Source: Vicugna vicugna
Taxonomy: Eukaryota
Direction: 5' to 3'
Length of the DNA stretch: 64,000 nt
Assembly: GCA_013265495.1 (NCBI GenBank)
Contig: MU058781.1
Span: forward strand, 11,451,009-11,515,008
Shown piece after piece: positions 36,461-49,787 of the stretch (the stretch's first letter is position 1; every line of letters starts with the position of its first letter). Both the position numbers and the translations under genes were made by a program. The notes beneath the pieces were generated by a model. That model made no database searches and had not been told where the DNA came from. It saw only the letters and a list, made by a program, of their open reading frames with translations.

Positions 36461-38637
36461 CTTAGACCTTTACCCTTCCTTCTCACAATGATTATTTCAA
36501 AGCAAATGTGAGATTCGTAAATACTACTTACAGATAAAGCCATTACAGTAAAACCCACAATACCATTACTACACCTAATATCTTAACATCATAAAATATC
36601 CAGTCAGCACTCAGAGTTCCCTTACTATCTCTTTTTTTTCATTTGGTTAGTTCACACAAGATCCATATCTTGCATTTGTTATTATGTCTCTTTGTACTCC
36701 ACAAAACCTTCCTGCTGCCTTTTTAATTTTCATCTTGACACTTAGTTGTCAGAAAAAAAACCTCTATTTGTCCTGTAGAACTTTCTATATTTTGGATTTT
36801 GCTGATGCATCCCCATAGTGTTTATCACATTTCTCTGTCCCCAGTATTTCCTTAAACTGGCAGTAGATTTCCAAATTCACATTCAATTTAGGGGGGAAAA
36901 TATTTCATTGGTGGTGCATTTATCTTTAAAGAAATTTCCAGGGAAAAGCTAGTGAATCTTTGTTTCTAAATATAACCTTGGTGATCTGGAAAATAAATTC
37001 TGAACTCTTGACATTCTCCGACTAGAAGATTTAAGAGCAGAGTCTTTAGAGCTCATACTCTCAGCAGTTTTCTCAGATGGCAGCTTCACCTGGAATGATG
37101 GCCCTTATGGGCACTCACCCAAGCCTCAAGAGTCTCCTGTAATTTCCCTACTTACAGCCCAGTGCCTACATGAGATAACCTGAGACTAAGGCGAATGACT
37201 TTCAATTTCCTGACAGCCTCTGAACAAGCTGTGTATCTTGTCTCTTGGGGATAAAATAATAATCTCTACCCTAGAGAGATAGAAAGGACAATCTGATTGA
37301 AAACAAGGGTTCATCCTACTCCTTAGAGGCAAGGATTCAGTCAGAAGCAAGTTCTAAATGAGACTAAGTGTCTTTCTATGTAAATGCACAGGTGTGGCGG
37401 GATCAGCATACCCCAAAGTCACTAGAGTGGCAACCAGTTAGAACAACTGCTGTCCTGTATGTTAATAAGTAGAAGGAGACTTTGCTGAGTAAGCTACATT
37501 TCTGAGTTTTCTTGTTGGTGATGGAGTCAGTGTTTTCCAATAGTGCTTGTGACGGAAGTCTGCAGAGGCCATCAGCATCCAGCAGTCAGCAGCTTCTCAG
37601 GCACCACTCCCCACCTCTTCCTGCCTCGGGCAGTATTGCAGAAGAACGCCTCTCTAGGGTGACACCTTCCTGGGATTAGCTTCCGCTGGTATCCTAGAGG
37701 GTGGATTTCAGGCAAATTCCAGAGGGGAGATTTCCAGCAAGTTCCCTAGGTGCAACAGGACTGACACCTCCCTGTCACTGGCCTGCCCTCTCTAACAAGG
37801 TCTAGATCTCAGCTAGGGGTATGAGGTCTGCCTTGGATGCTGTGTTTCGGCTGGAGAAACAGTGGCTGCTTCTTGTACTGCACTCTCGAGAGTTCTCTCT
37901 GCTACCGTGGGTTCTGAGATAGAGCATCTGAGGAATTTCTTCCTTTCCGAGATCCAGACCCCATTGGAGGGGATGGAGAGGACAGTGGCAGGAGTCGCTG
38001 TGGTGCTATGCTGGTAGAACTTGTAGGAAAATCTTCCCTCTGGAATTTGACAGTGAATTTGGGGCCGAGAAGAAATCAGTCGATACCTGGCACACACCCT
38101 GACACCAGCCCTGCTGCTCAGTTTGTCTATGGTATACAGAAAACATAATTTTGTTCCCTTCGCAGGTTTTTTGTGCTGATGTGAAATGGCATATGTGAAA
38201 TGTTTCACTAAAGATAAAAATATTCAGATAGGATTAAAAATTATTTGGCTTTCAGGATGCCTGTCCTTGATTTGGGCCTTCTGATGCTAACTTTGTTTAC
38301 TTTTCTCAGGCCACTTGAAGTTTTTCCTTGGCCCAAGCTCCGTTTCCTTTCTGATTTGATATTTGCTGAAGCACAGTCACTGGGTGGCAGGCTCTGCCCT
38401 TCCCCAAGTGAGGGTGTTCTATCTACATTCCCCCTTAGCGTCCAGGCAGTCTCTTCCAGGGACTTGCCTGTTTCATTTTCTTGGGTCATTATGATATGAT
38501 TTACACATCATAAAATTCATCTAGGCTAAGTATACAGTTGAATGAGTTTCAGTGCTTATATAGAGTCTTGTAACCACCACCACAATCAAGATATAGAGCA
38601 TACCCTTGACCCTCAAAAAGTTTTCTTGGCCTCAACT

Positions 38638-38834
38638 TTTCTTTTTTTAAGTTTAATTGATTTACAATGTTGTGCTAGTTTCCGGTGTACAGTACAGTGA
38701 TTCAGTTTTTTATTTTTATATACACACACACACACATTCTTTTTCATATATATACATACATTGTTTTTCATTATAGATTATTACAAGTTACTGAATCTAG
38801 TTCCCTATGCTATATAGTAGGATCCTGTTGTTTA
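38638..38834 (-). mobile_element. Short L1 3' end with an 11-bp TSD
   Basis: TSD TGGCCTCAACT at 38627-38637 and 38835-38845; T-rich tail on the left. Confidence 0.85.
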
Positions 38835-39919
38835 TGGCCTCAACTATTTTTGATTGCTTGGATTACATCTTTGCATTTTCCACTTTCAATATTCAAGACT
38901 CACTGTCTGTGCTGGTTACTAAGTTTCATTTTTCTGAGAAACGTCGCTGTTTTTGTCTACTCTGCAGAATAGAAGTAACTGACAGATTTGGAGTTCAATA
39001 ACTAAAGAGTCTCTTTCTGGCTCAAATGCAAAGGTCCATCCTAATTATTTTTTCAGTCATTTTATCTCCACCCTCCAAATGTGATGATCTTTAGGGATCT
39101 TGTTCTATTTTTTAATGCCTGAAGGAGACCTCTTAGGGTAGCAGCCATCCACTCTTCTCCAGGAACAGCCCTTATACCTGGGGTGGGGGGAAATGGCATG
39201 TCTGTGGGACAATGCACCATACCACCTCCCCCTACAAACACATCTTAGCCACAGCTTATTGGACCATCTGACCCAAGCACAGTCAATCAGATTCTCATTC
39301 CCAGATTTCAAATGTGGACCACAGCTGCACTGCACTAAGGGGAAGATTCTGGAGACCCACTCTAAGGACTCTTCGCTGTTGATGTCCCCAGAGTTGTCCT
39401 CATGGTTTCCTTCCCTCCCATTCCACAAACTTGCCATTTCCCCCCTGAAGTTAACCAGTTAATGTCTGTTGTTTGCTGTCTGAGATACTTTACTGAACTG
39501 AAACCTTACTAACTGGTACAATTTTTCCTTAAAAGCAGAACAGAATTGTTTCTCACTGGCTGATGGAAACCTATTCCCCAGAGCTACTGAGAGGGGAAAT
39601 GTACTGTAGCTTACTTGACTCAGCTTCCCCCTGTAATGGGAAGCCATCTACCCAGAAGGTCTCCTTCCCCTTTTTGAACACAAGTCTGAGCTTTCAGCCA
39701 GTCTTAAGCCTTTTCTCTACCTCAAGATTTTGATTGTTTTTCAAACATACACTATTATTTCCATTCATATTTCATTATCATCCCCCCTTTTCCTAATGCC
39801 TGTGAATAAAATCCAATGTCTCCTTTGTTATTTGACACATGTATTACTGGAACACATTTTGAATGTTCGTAAGTATAATAGTATACAGGACAGACCTTCC
39901 TGAGACCGGTGCTACATAA

Positions 39920-40330
39920 TGTCAGAAGTTTAAATTTGAGTCTCATCTATCAAAACTCCATGACATCCCCAGATATTTGGACAAACATTATTCTGCGTGT
40001 TTCTCTGAGGGTGTTTTGGGATGATATTAACATTTAAATCAGTAAACTGAACAAAGCAGACTGCCCTCCATCATGTGGGTGGGCTTCACCCAAGTCAATG
40101 AAGACATTGCTACCAACTTTCTTCCCCCTTCAAGAGAGCACTCTCCTTCCTGGAGACCTTTGAGCTGCTTCCTGGCTCCACAACAGCTTCAGGTCTTTGG
40201 ACTCAAAATGGGACACTGGCTCTGCAGATTTTTGACTTGCCAGCTTACATAATCATGTAGTCAATTCCTTATTTTATAAATATAGAATATACTCTATTGA
40301 TTCTGTTTCTCTGGAGAACCCTAAAATACC
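39920..40330 (+). mobile_element. MLT2 (ERVL) LTR
   Basis: CCCAGATATTTGGACAAACATTATTCTG...TTCTGTTTCTCTGGAGAACCCT. Confidence 0.8.
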
Positions 40331-41425
40331 CATTCATTCTCATGTAACCAGCAATCCATTTTCATCATATAAATTTACTCAACAACTAACTTGTAAAATT
40401 ATCACTATGAATTTTGGGAAAAAGTTTTCCATGTCCAAATCCTTTCAGAAATGGTCTGGGTTTAAGGAATAAAATATAAATAAATGTCAAACGAAAAAGA
40501 GATTAAGGAGAAATTTATGCCTGGAATGTACTTGTTTTGGAAAAAGAACACTGACAGGCCCGCATGAAAATTCAGCAATTTCTTTAAACAAATGACAACT
40601 AGCATACCAAAATACGTCTTCTCTAAATAAGGAACTTCTCAGTATCAATACTCACTGTTCTGACACGGGAAAATGAAACTACCCTTTCAAAGTGAGGATA
40701 AAATATACAATGAGAAGAGAATGGGCTGCATTGTGTTTTAGTTTTCATTTCCTCAGTACTTTGAAATCACCTGTTTACTGTCAAGTTGATTAGCCATCTT
40801 TAATATTACTATGTGTCTTATATTATCTCTTACTAAAATGTTATCTTAAAAACAAAAACCTTAATTTTTATATATTGAATGAATTTAAACATTTTTTCCT
40901 ACTCATTTTTTTTTAAACCTTGTACCTACCACAGGTAACCCAAAACCTAAGTTAAACTATTTGAATACAATTCAGACCTGGGGAATTGGGTAAAATAAAT
41001 GCTCTGCAAATGATCTTTAATGAGCTTTTGGATCAGAATATAACAGATTATTATTTGTTCCCCCAGAAAGTTTTCAGAAGAATAGAGATTATCATGTAAT
41101 AATCAGGCAATTTCTGCACTCTGGCTGAAAACCTTGGGAATTTAGTTTGGCCTTAATAAATGACAACAAATTTTAAAAAGGTACATGTCATCTGAATTAG
41201 TCATATTGCTCTTTATTTACATTTTAATTTATCATTATTTTTTATACCACACTAAATGATTTAGTTTTCTTTTTCTATTATCATATATTATGGTGTTTCT
41301 TTCCTCCTTTCTCTTTTCACAAACTGATTATAAATGCTATTGGGCAGGATAAGAAGACCCAGCCCTATAATGCCCAGTGATGGGAGTCTGTGCTTAGCTA
41401 CAAGTGGCTAATAGAAAGATTATAC

Positions 41426-41587
41426 ACAGGGAAATATATACAAGATCTTATGGTAGCTCACAGAGAAAGGAATGTGACAATGAATATATATATGTTCATG
41501 TATAATTGAAAAATTGTGCTCTACACTGGAATTTGACACAACATTGTAAAATGATTATAAATTAATAAAAAATGTTAAGAAAAAAAA
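41426..41587 (+). mobile_element. Short young L1 3' end (camelid-type)
   Basis: AATGTGACAATGAATATATATATGTTCATGTATAA...CTCTACACTGGAATTTGACACAACATTG; near-TSD AAAGAT(T/C)ATACA. Confidence 0.8.
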
Positions 41588-42101
41588 GATCATACAAAAC
41601 CACCCATAATTTTTCAAAAGTTGTGTAGTGGAAGATTGCAATAAAGGATTGTATATGAGCCAATATTTCTACGTAAACTTAACCCTATCAATACACATGG
41701 TTTCTTTACTGCAGATAAGACAGTATATTTGGATACCCACAGAAAATTTTTGATTAAATGATTAACTACTTATAACTTTTTTCCAGATCCCTGCAAAATT
41801 GTTTTCTTATAAATTGTTCTTCGAAAGCGATGTGAAAGTATGTTTTGAAGACATTCCTCTGTACTTTGGGGACTTGCAGATTCTCTGCATCTTGAGAGAG
41901 GAACAGTTTTAGGACCTTTCTCTTTCCATACAAGGACTTTGAGTCAGAAGATCTGAAGTCTCAATCTACCACTGCCTTGTTGTGTGAGATTTGGGCTTGC
42001 GATTTAGCTTCTCAGTCTTGTTCAAAAAAAGGAAGTAGAAAACATTTACCTCACAGTACTTCTGAGAGGATTCAGTGGGATAATGTATACTATGATAGTT
42101 T

Positions 42102-42425
42102 AGAGCTGCTGTGTCCCATGGAAATTAAACATGAGACAACTGTAAGTCACATCTATAATTAAAATTCTTTTTCTGGTAGCCATATTAAAAAAGTAAAAAC
42201 TGAAAATTAATTTAACCATATTTGTATTTAACCTGATATATCCAGAGTATCATTTCGACATGTAATCAATACAAAACAACATGAAAGTATTATACCCTCT
42301 TTTTTTCGTACTAAATCTTTGAGACCCGGTATTTCAGATTACAGCACGCTGCAATGAAGGCGACCCATATTTCAAGTCCTTCAATAGCCATCATGGGGCC
42401 AGTGGCCACCCAACTGAATAGCCCA
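42102..42425. mobile_element. MER33-like hAT element
   Basis: GTAGCCATATTAAAAAAGTAAAA...CATTTCGACATGTAATCAATA...TACTAAATCTTTGA motifs. Confidence 0.75.
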
Positions 42426-43234
42426 GGGAGAGATCTGAATTCATTTGTCACATCAGCTAGTTGATCATTTAGCAGGCAAAGCAGAAGGGATCTAACCTCA
42501 GCTAATGAAATGGTTGTTTCAGACTCTGGGAGCTTCAAAACTTTTCCTAAAGAACGCATCATCTCCTTTCGTATGTTGAACTTAAAAAAAGTCAAACAAC
42601 ATTAAAATGTATAAAATAAAAGTTTTCCACACCATTCCAAAACTAACAATATTTTTAGCAACGACAGATAACATTTGAGTAGGTGGGCTTCATGTTAAGT
42701 CTAGAAAATCAATTCTCTTATTGCCTCTTGTTGATTTTGAACTATGGTAACCTCTAGATTCTACCCCTCTGGTTTGCTTATCATCTTCATATGGAAGACA
42801 TTTTTCCTTGCTAGCTTTTTAGTTCCGGACAGAAGTAACTGTATGTACTTTGCTTTATACTATACCTAGCACAGACTATCCAAATATAACCTTATATATT
42901 TTCAAACATATACTTACCATTTGGGCTCTTTTCACCTGGGATGCCTTTTTATCATGTGGTTGAATGAAGAAATTAGAAGTCAGATTTACTATTTTGACTG
43001 GCTGGTATTTCAAAGTCAAAGGACACAACGCTTATATTTACTACTGGTCATCAAAATCCTTACTCTGGAAACTCAGTCTCTCACTGATAGCTTTCCAATC
43101 AATGGATTGTTCACTTTATTTAGAATTTAGATTTTATGTTACAATTTCTCCAAAGAATCATACGACTATGCTTTGGACATTTTGAATTCTGTCAACAAGA
43201 AATCTGGTGGGGGGGGTGTGGGAGGAGGTGGGTA

Positions 43235-43274
43235 CGCAGGGTCGCAGGGTCGCAGGGTCGCAGGGTCGCAGGGT
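43235..43274 (+). repeat. Perfect tandem repeat (CGCAGGGT)5
   Basis: Five exact 8-bp units read directly from the sequence. Confidence 0.95.
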
Positions 43275-43839
43275 ACACAGCTGAGAAAGCATTTCCTAAA
43301 GGCGGAGCTGAGCGTAGTTACTAGATATTCATTCCTTCTGAGAACGTTAATCCCACGAAAAGTTAAGAAACTGGAAAACTTGTATTAATATCTATGGGAG
43401 CTATAAACAAAAGATTTAACGAGACTCCGGTAAGCTGTAATGTACTATGCCCAGAAGAAAAGTTGAGAAATTTGTAGGAAAAAAAAAAAAAAGCTAGACT
43501 TAAATTTAAGGTTTCCCTGCTCCTTGGAATTGCAATGGGAGCTGTATTTCAGTATTTGGTACATATGGGGGGGGGTGTCAATGAACAGTAGGAGTTACTG
43601 CAGGGTTAGGCCTTTTTGAACTCCTAACGCAGAATACAGTCAAAATACAAAAAGCCAAAATATAAGAGCTCTGTAGGAGTCCGCGGAAACAGGCCTTTAC
43701 AGAAAAATAACAACTTGTGTACTATATATACACAATACTCTGTTTTCCCGGTATTTACATCTAGTAGGGGTTAGATCTTTTCCCTCTTGTAAAGAGCCAA
43801 GGAAAAAAAAAAACAAAACACTCCACTGTGAAAGTCAGT

Positions 43840-44700
43840 CCGCAGCAAAGGCCAGAGGGCAGGATCCGAGTGCGCTAGCCTCTGAGAGCAAAACATCGCG
43901 ACCTTCCAGGCCCCAACGCACGCTACGCCCACCGCGCAGGCGCAGGACGGAGCGGCGCCGAAGCGGCCGGAGGCGAGAGGCGATTCGCCTGATTCGGCTG
44001 GCCCCGCCCCTCGACTCGCGTCAGGCTCTGACGTGGCCGTCTAGGGCCGGCGGGCGGGGTTCTAATCTCTTACAACAGCGCGCGCCAGCACTCCAGCGGC
44101 TGTGGGGACCGGCGCCTGTCGGCTGTGGATCCCGTGCGAGCCGCCACTGCCACAACTAGCTGCGTTCGCTACGAGGATTGCGCGCTTCCATCCAGTAAGT
44201 GTGAGAGAGGCGGCCAGACAGGGCGTCCGCAGGGGCTGCTAAACGAGCCGCTCTGACTCCTGCCGGCCGGAAGTCGCGCACCCCTGACAGCCACCGGGCC
44301 GCAGTCTGGGTGAAAGGGCTGTTGAACGGCCGCGGGAGCCGGGGCCGGGGAGCGCGGTGAGGCTCGGAGCTGCCCCATTGGTTGGGTCGGTTTTGGCGCG
44401 CCGTCCCGTCCGCGCTCCCTATTGGCTGGCGGGGGCCGTCCCGAGACGCGCGCCGTGGTTGGAGGGCCCGGGCGCGCTGCGCCGGATCATGCGCCTCCTT
44501 GCTTGATCTCTGGGTCTAGGTGTCCCGAGAACGAACTGGCCAGGTCTCGGGGAGGTTCGTGTGCCGCAGGTTGTGGGAGGGCATCAGCCTAGGCATGCCT
44601 GGCTGTCTCAATGAGCCGGAGCATCCGCCTTTTGGCCGTGTAACTGGCGGTGATCCATCCGAGGGGATCCGCACACTGGGCTCGTGGGAGGAGGTCCCTG
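43840..44700. promoter_or_regulatory. GMNN: GMNN CpG-island promoter and intron-1 cell-cycle element
   Basis: NRF1-like GCGCAGGCGC at about 43934, GC box 44001-44010, ETS CCGGAAGT 44267-44274, E2F TTTTGGCGCG 44391-44400, reverse CCAAT boxes at 44377 and 44421. Confidence 0.88.
44030..44194 (+). other. GMNN: GMNN non-coding exon 1 (TSS approximate)
   Basis: Ends ...GCGTTCGCTACGAGGATTG...CCA|GTAAGT, resembling the remembered human GMNN 5' UTR; strong donor at 44195. Confidence 0.7.
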
Positions 44701-45995
44701 AATCCTGCATCACCCATTTGAAAAAGAATATTGGACTTGGTGACACTTTTTTCACCAGTTTATCAGGATTTCCTTGGACCCAGTCCTATACTGGAGTTTT
44801 CAGTCTAGTTGTTTTTAAAAGCTAGAGAATAAAAAGTAAGGGTGCAAGGTTGTTGGCGGCAGTGTGATAAACAGTGAATGATTAGACTTGATCCGTGGCC
44901 TTCAACTTTTTAAATCGTGACACGTACGAAAAGCACACCTTATATCACAATTCAGGACGCAACCCTCCAACCAAATTAGAACCTTTACGAAGCAGTATTT
45001 ATCCTTCCCGTGCCACACACTCTGCTGTATTCTCGTCTCTTCAATTCCACTCTGTTCAGTTACATTTTCCAAACACCCGTTAAGTGATTTTGGGATCCCA
45101 GGCCCCGCGACCTGCAGTTTGAAAATCATTGCCCTGGTCCCGACCAGCATTTGCTTAACGTGAAATAGGGTAGAAAATAGGGTACATCGCACAATTAGAT
45201 TAAATTTTGCATCCTAAATTGTTTTGCTTGTCTTTCTATGTGCTAGGGCATAGTGTACAATGTATTAACAAGTGATGGATCATATACCCTGAGTAAAGAA
45301 ACGCATGGCCACAGAAATCAGGGAGATCTGTTTCAGAGACAGACTTGGTCGGGGAGTTTAGAGTTGGGCTTGGGGTGAGTCTGGCCCAGTGATCTGTTAA
45401 CATTACATACCTCTTCATCTCCTGCTCCCTCTTTGCTTCGATCAGTGTCTCAGTTCGTAGTGGTAGTTAAACATTCCCTACACACGTAAATGCATAATCT
45501 TGATTGGATATTGAGTTATCGCTGGTTACCAGAGCCAAGTTTATTGTAGCTTAAATCTGCCTTTGAAACAGCAAAGTTAGGGTGCTGTTCTTTAGGACAG
45601 ATTTGGGCATACCCACATATCTGTTTTGCTTTTTCCTGGTGACCATTTTTCAGATCTTTGAAAGCCTTGTATTTAATCCAGGACATCATCATGTTTTGTA
45701 AATTTGTTGGGAACACAGATTTTCCTTTTGGAACAAGATTTTTCCAGCCAGAATTGTGTGTTTGTGTGTATATAAAGTAGAGATAATTAAAGTCATTAGG
45801 TTTAGTCACTTGTCATTGACAGGACTGAGTTTGGGTACAGTGAGAAAAGATAGTTCTTTTTTTTATTGTTACGATTTTTTTATTTTGATTTCTACAGTTG
45901 TACTTTCAACAGCAGAAAAACTAGATTTCACCTTCTGATGCAGATGATACTCTGTTTTCGAATTAACTAGTCTTCTGTTCGTTGCCAGGTGTATA

Positions 45996-46046
45996 ATGAA
46001 TCCCAGTATGAAGCAGAAACAAGAAGGAATCCAAGAGAATGTCAAG
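45996..46046 (+). CDS. GMNN: Geminin coding exon 1 (MNPSMKQKQEGIQENVK)
   Basis: ATG at 45996, acceptor CTAG| at 45970, donor AAG|GTATGT at 46047. Confidence 0.96.
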
Positions 46047-48948
46047 GTATGTGATACAATCACTTTGATCTGTTGTAGATAGCATGTAGTTAGATGTTTT
46101 TTGACGTAATTTAGTCAAATTTAACCTGGCTACAATTTCAGTAATCCTTTAATTACTCAATTTTTAGTCTGAGGACAAGTAATAATAGAGAACTGTTTAA
46201 AAATTAATTATGGTTGAATGTTAAGTTTTCTGATCCACATACACGGGATGTCTTTCCATTTATCTTGGTCGTCTTTACTTTCTTTCAACAAATGTTTTGT
46301 AGTTTTCAGAGTTTTGAGTTTTTCACTTTTTTTTTTGTTAAATTCTTTCCTAAGTATTTTATTCTTTTTAATACTTTTGTAGACGGGATCATTTCCTTAA
46401 TTAAATTTTTGTTGTGCTCATTGCTACTGTATAGAAATAGTTGATTTTTGTATCTTGATCTTGTATCGTGCAACCTTGCTGAACTTAATAGTTCTAATAG
46501 TTGTTTAGTAGATTACTTAGGATTTTCTGTATACAAGATCGTTATTGCTTCGTTTCTACTCTTACATTTCATGAAATGATTTTCTTAAAACCCTTTGCGT
46601 GTATCTTCAGATTAGTGTCTGACCACAGAGACATTTTGCATTTTGCATTATATTGAATATATTTCCAGGGTACATCATACTCATTACCATCTAACCTGCT
46701 TGTTCTGCCACACTTTTTGAATCCCTGTTTTATACTGTCACTGGAAATCTTCTCCCAAATGTTTATTCTTGTAACAGTTAAGGACAGAGCTTAATTTTGG
46801 GTTTGTAATTTTGACAGGCTTTGCTCTTACAGTTCTAAATGGATTTACAACTTAGCTAGATCTTACCACACAACTTAAACTATATTCTTAGGGTTCTTGG
46901 GAGTGAGACCACGTTGTCAGGAAAGTTTATCAGTTTGCAGGTTTAAATTGTATAGTATAAATAAAAGCCTTTTGTAAGTGATAGCAGATGCTTTTTGATA
47001 GGTTGTTTTGTTTACCTTGCCTTACGCAGTGTGTTCCTTACTCTATTTTTCTTTAATACTTTGCATTGATAATTTGTGGATTTGATTCTATCAGCTTCCA
47101 TTCAGGATGGTGACATCTTCCCACTGTGCATTGTAGGTGTGTGTTTTTAAACTTTTTATTGTGAAAATCGTCAAATATTCAAAAGTAGAGTCAACAGTAT
47201 AATCTCAGTTTACTTCTCCCATTTTCATCAGTTATCAGTATGCAGCCAGTCTTGTTTCGTCTTCATCTCCATTCACTCTTACCTCCACTGAATTATTTTG
47301 AATCAAGTCCCAGACAAATAATTATATAATTCCAGCAGATCCTAATATTTAAAGAGAAGTCTAATCTTTAGTAGCTATAGTAAAACTAACTAGGATGTAA
47401 AAGGATTTGGGTTCTGTTTGGTTCTGGTTCTGCCTCCAAAACTGTGACGTTGACGTTGGGTGAGTTATTTAGCCTCTCAACCTCAGTTTACTCATCAGTA
47501 AAATGAGGGAATTGGACTGAAACTAGACCACTAAGAGTATATTTAAGAGTTCATGGATTCCTTGCCAGTTATACATAAATTCTAAGTGTGCTCTTGTTTG
47601 TTTTTTGAGGTAGTTCACAGAATCTCAAATTGTTTTCTAAAGAGATTAAGACCCATTGATATAAAACAACCTTTCTGGCTCGAAAGAGTTTACTATTGTA
47701 ATGCATGATCTGTATTAATAAAATGATAATAACAATATTACATTTGGGGGGCTGGATGCTGTAAAGTTTACAGGTATAAAAGTTAAATATTAGAAGTTGT
47801 CCTTTTTTGTGACAGTAATGTAGCTGGCTTCTTTGGCCTTTATTAGTAGCAAACATTTAAATAAATTCACACCTCCTACTATTAAGGTTCCAAAGCTTTA
47901 TTTTCTTCTATTTGTCTGGAGACTTTTGACTAATCTATAATCTAAATTGTATCTGAAAGTTGGTGTAATATTTGTTCTCCCAGTAACTGGCATTTGTTCT
48001 TCAGTTAAATAGTGAGATAATAATCAGCAGTAGAAACTTTACCGTGGGAAAGGTGAATTCTAGTCGTGTGAAGTACAGTGTGGAATCAGTAACTTTCTCA
48101 CGCTGCTTTGGTATCATGTTCTTGCTAACCTTGTTTGAGTATTCACCATTGTTTGCTATCCCATGGTGGCAGTATAACTAATGATTTTTTGCAAAAATAG
48201 AGAGAGCTTTTAGAACAGGAAATATACCGGAATGTATTTACATATTACAGGGAAGGCAGTATTTTTTTCAAAACAATAGCTTGGGCATTTTAGAGTTTCA
48301 GTACACCTCAAGCACTGACATTTTCACTGTCTGCTAACGAGTGGGCTTGAAGCAAAACTGCTTCTACAGTCAGGTGAAGGCTGAAGGTGGGGAGTAGGTC
48401 TTCTTACATGTGGTTTTGTGTAATGTACTTAAAAATTATATTTGAATTAATATAAATGTGTTAGGGGATATTCACAGTTTAAGGGAAGCCTGAGATAAAT
48501 CCTTTTGATTAGGGGAAGAAGTATTTTGCAGTATAAATAATTAACCTTTCCCTCCAATTTGCCTCTCTTGTGGGTTTCTACAAAAAAGGTTATGATTTTG
48601 GTAAATTCCTAGTTTCTTTGTGGAAGATCTTTTTTAAGAGGGAATACAAATATTTCCGTTATACCGCAATTCCATCACACATGGATTGAAGTGTTAGGAA
48701 TTTTGTCATATTTTTGTTTTAACTAAACAAATGACTGTATGACCATAGCAGCAGCACCTATTGCAGTGGGAGGAGAGAAGCTACTTGTTTGTGTGTTGTC
48801 CATGTGTAGCATTATAAACTTACACAGCTGATCAAATATTAGTGTCTTTAGCATTTCTTTTTTGTTGTTGTTAATTATAGTGGGACTAACGCAGTAATAA
48901 TCCATATGGAAACTTAGTAACCAGATAATTTATTATCTTGACTTTCAG

Positions 48949-49026
48949 AGTAGTCCTGTTCCAAGAAGAACTCTGAAGATGATTCAGCCTTCTGCGGCTG
49001 GGTCTCTTGTTGGAAGAGAAAATGAG
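48949..49026 (+). CDS. GMNN: Geminin coding exon 2, containing the APC/C destruction box RRTLKMIQP
   Basis: TTTCAG| acceptor, GAG|GTAGGT donor; [26 protein letters not shown]. Confidence 0.96.
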
Positions 49027-49639
49027 GTAGGTATTTTTGGGCTAGAATCGGGTACAGATGATAGTACCTTTACTTTAAAAACATTTCAAAGATTTTCTTG
49101 GTCAGAAATACCTAAATCAATGAAATTAATGGAAATAATATAAGAGTAACAATTTTGTATCCCCCACCGAAGTGGTTTTTGTTTTAATTGTTCAATTTAG
49201 TAAGTTCTAAACTGGTATGAATACCTGTAGTAGAACTGGAATGACGTAATAAGTTATGAATTAGCCTAGAGGTCTAATGTTGATGTTTTGAGAATAAAAA
49301 TTGGGCTCATTCATTTAGCCCTGTAGAAAAGGGTGAGGGTTTTTAGACTTTTGCAGGTTTAAAATAGTGCCTTTCCATGGTACTGAATTATTTAAACAAT
49401 AAAAATAAATTTAGCTAAGTCTTAGACCCAAGTCTAATCCAAAATAGTTGCTGCAAATAGAGTACAACTGTACATTTTGGTAACGTTTTGAGTTGTGTAA
49501 TTTTTTAAAAGATCCAAAGGTATCAAAAAGATACAGATATGTGAGTGCTCTATATTTAATACATAAGTGACAAAACCGCCCAGGTTTCTTACTCAGTAAA
49601 ACAAAATAAGTGAGACTGATGTATACATTTGTATTATAG

Positions 49640-49787
49640 TTGGTTAAAGGCTTGCCCAAAAGAAAACATTGGAATGATCAGTTAATATCTAAGACTTCCA
49701 GCTCTGGAGTTGTTACTATCCCAGAACATAGTGAAAATAAAGATCTTGGAGGAGTCACTCAAGAAGCATTTGATCTTATGATTACAG
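49640..49787 (+). CDS. GMNN: Geminin coding exon 3 ([14 protein letters not shown]...AFDLMIT)
   Basis: TATAG| acceptor, CAG|GTATGA donor, phase 0-1. Confidence 0.95.

Noticed and set aside
37390..38500. GC-richer block with 82-131 aa ORFs on both strands
   Set aside because: No recognisable homology or consistent splice chain; partly looks like an old LTR remnant that I cannot name.
43846..43863. CTCF-like CCAGAGGGCAG near the GMNN promoter
   Set aside because: The 5' part of the core (CCA) is mismatched; too weak to call.
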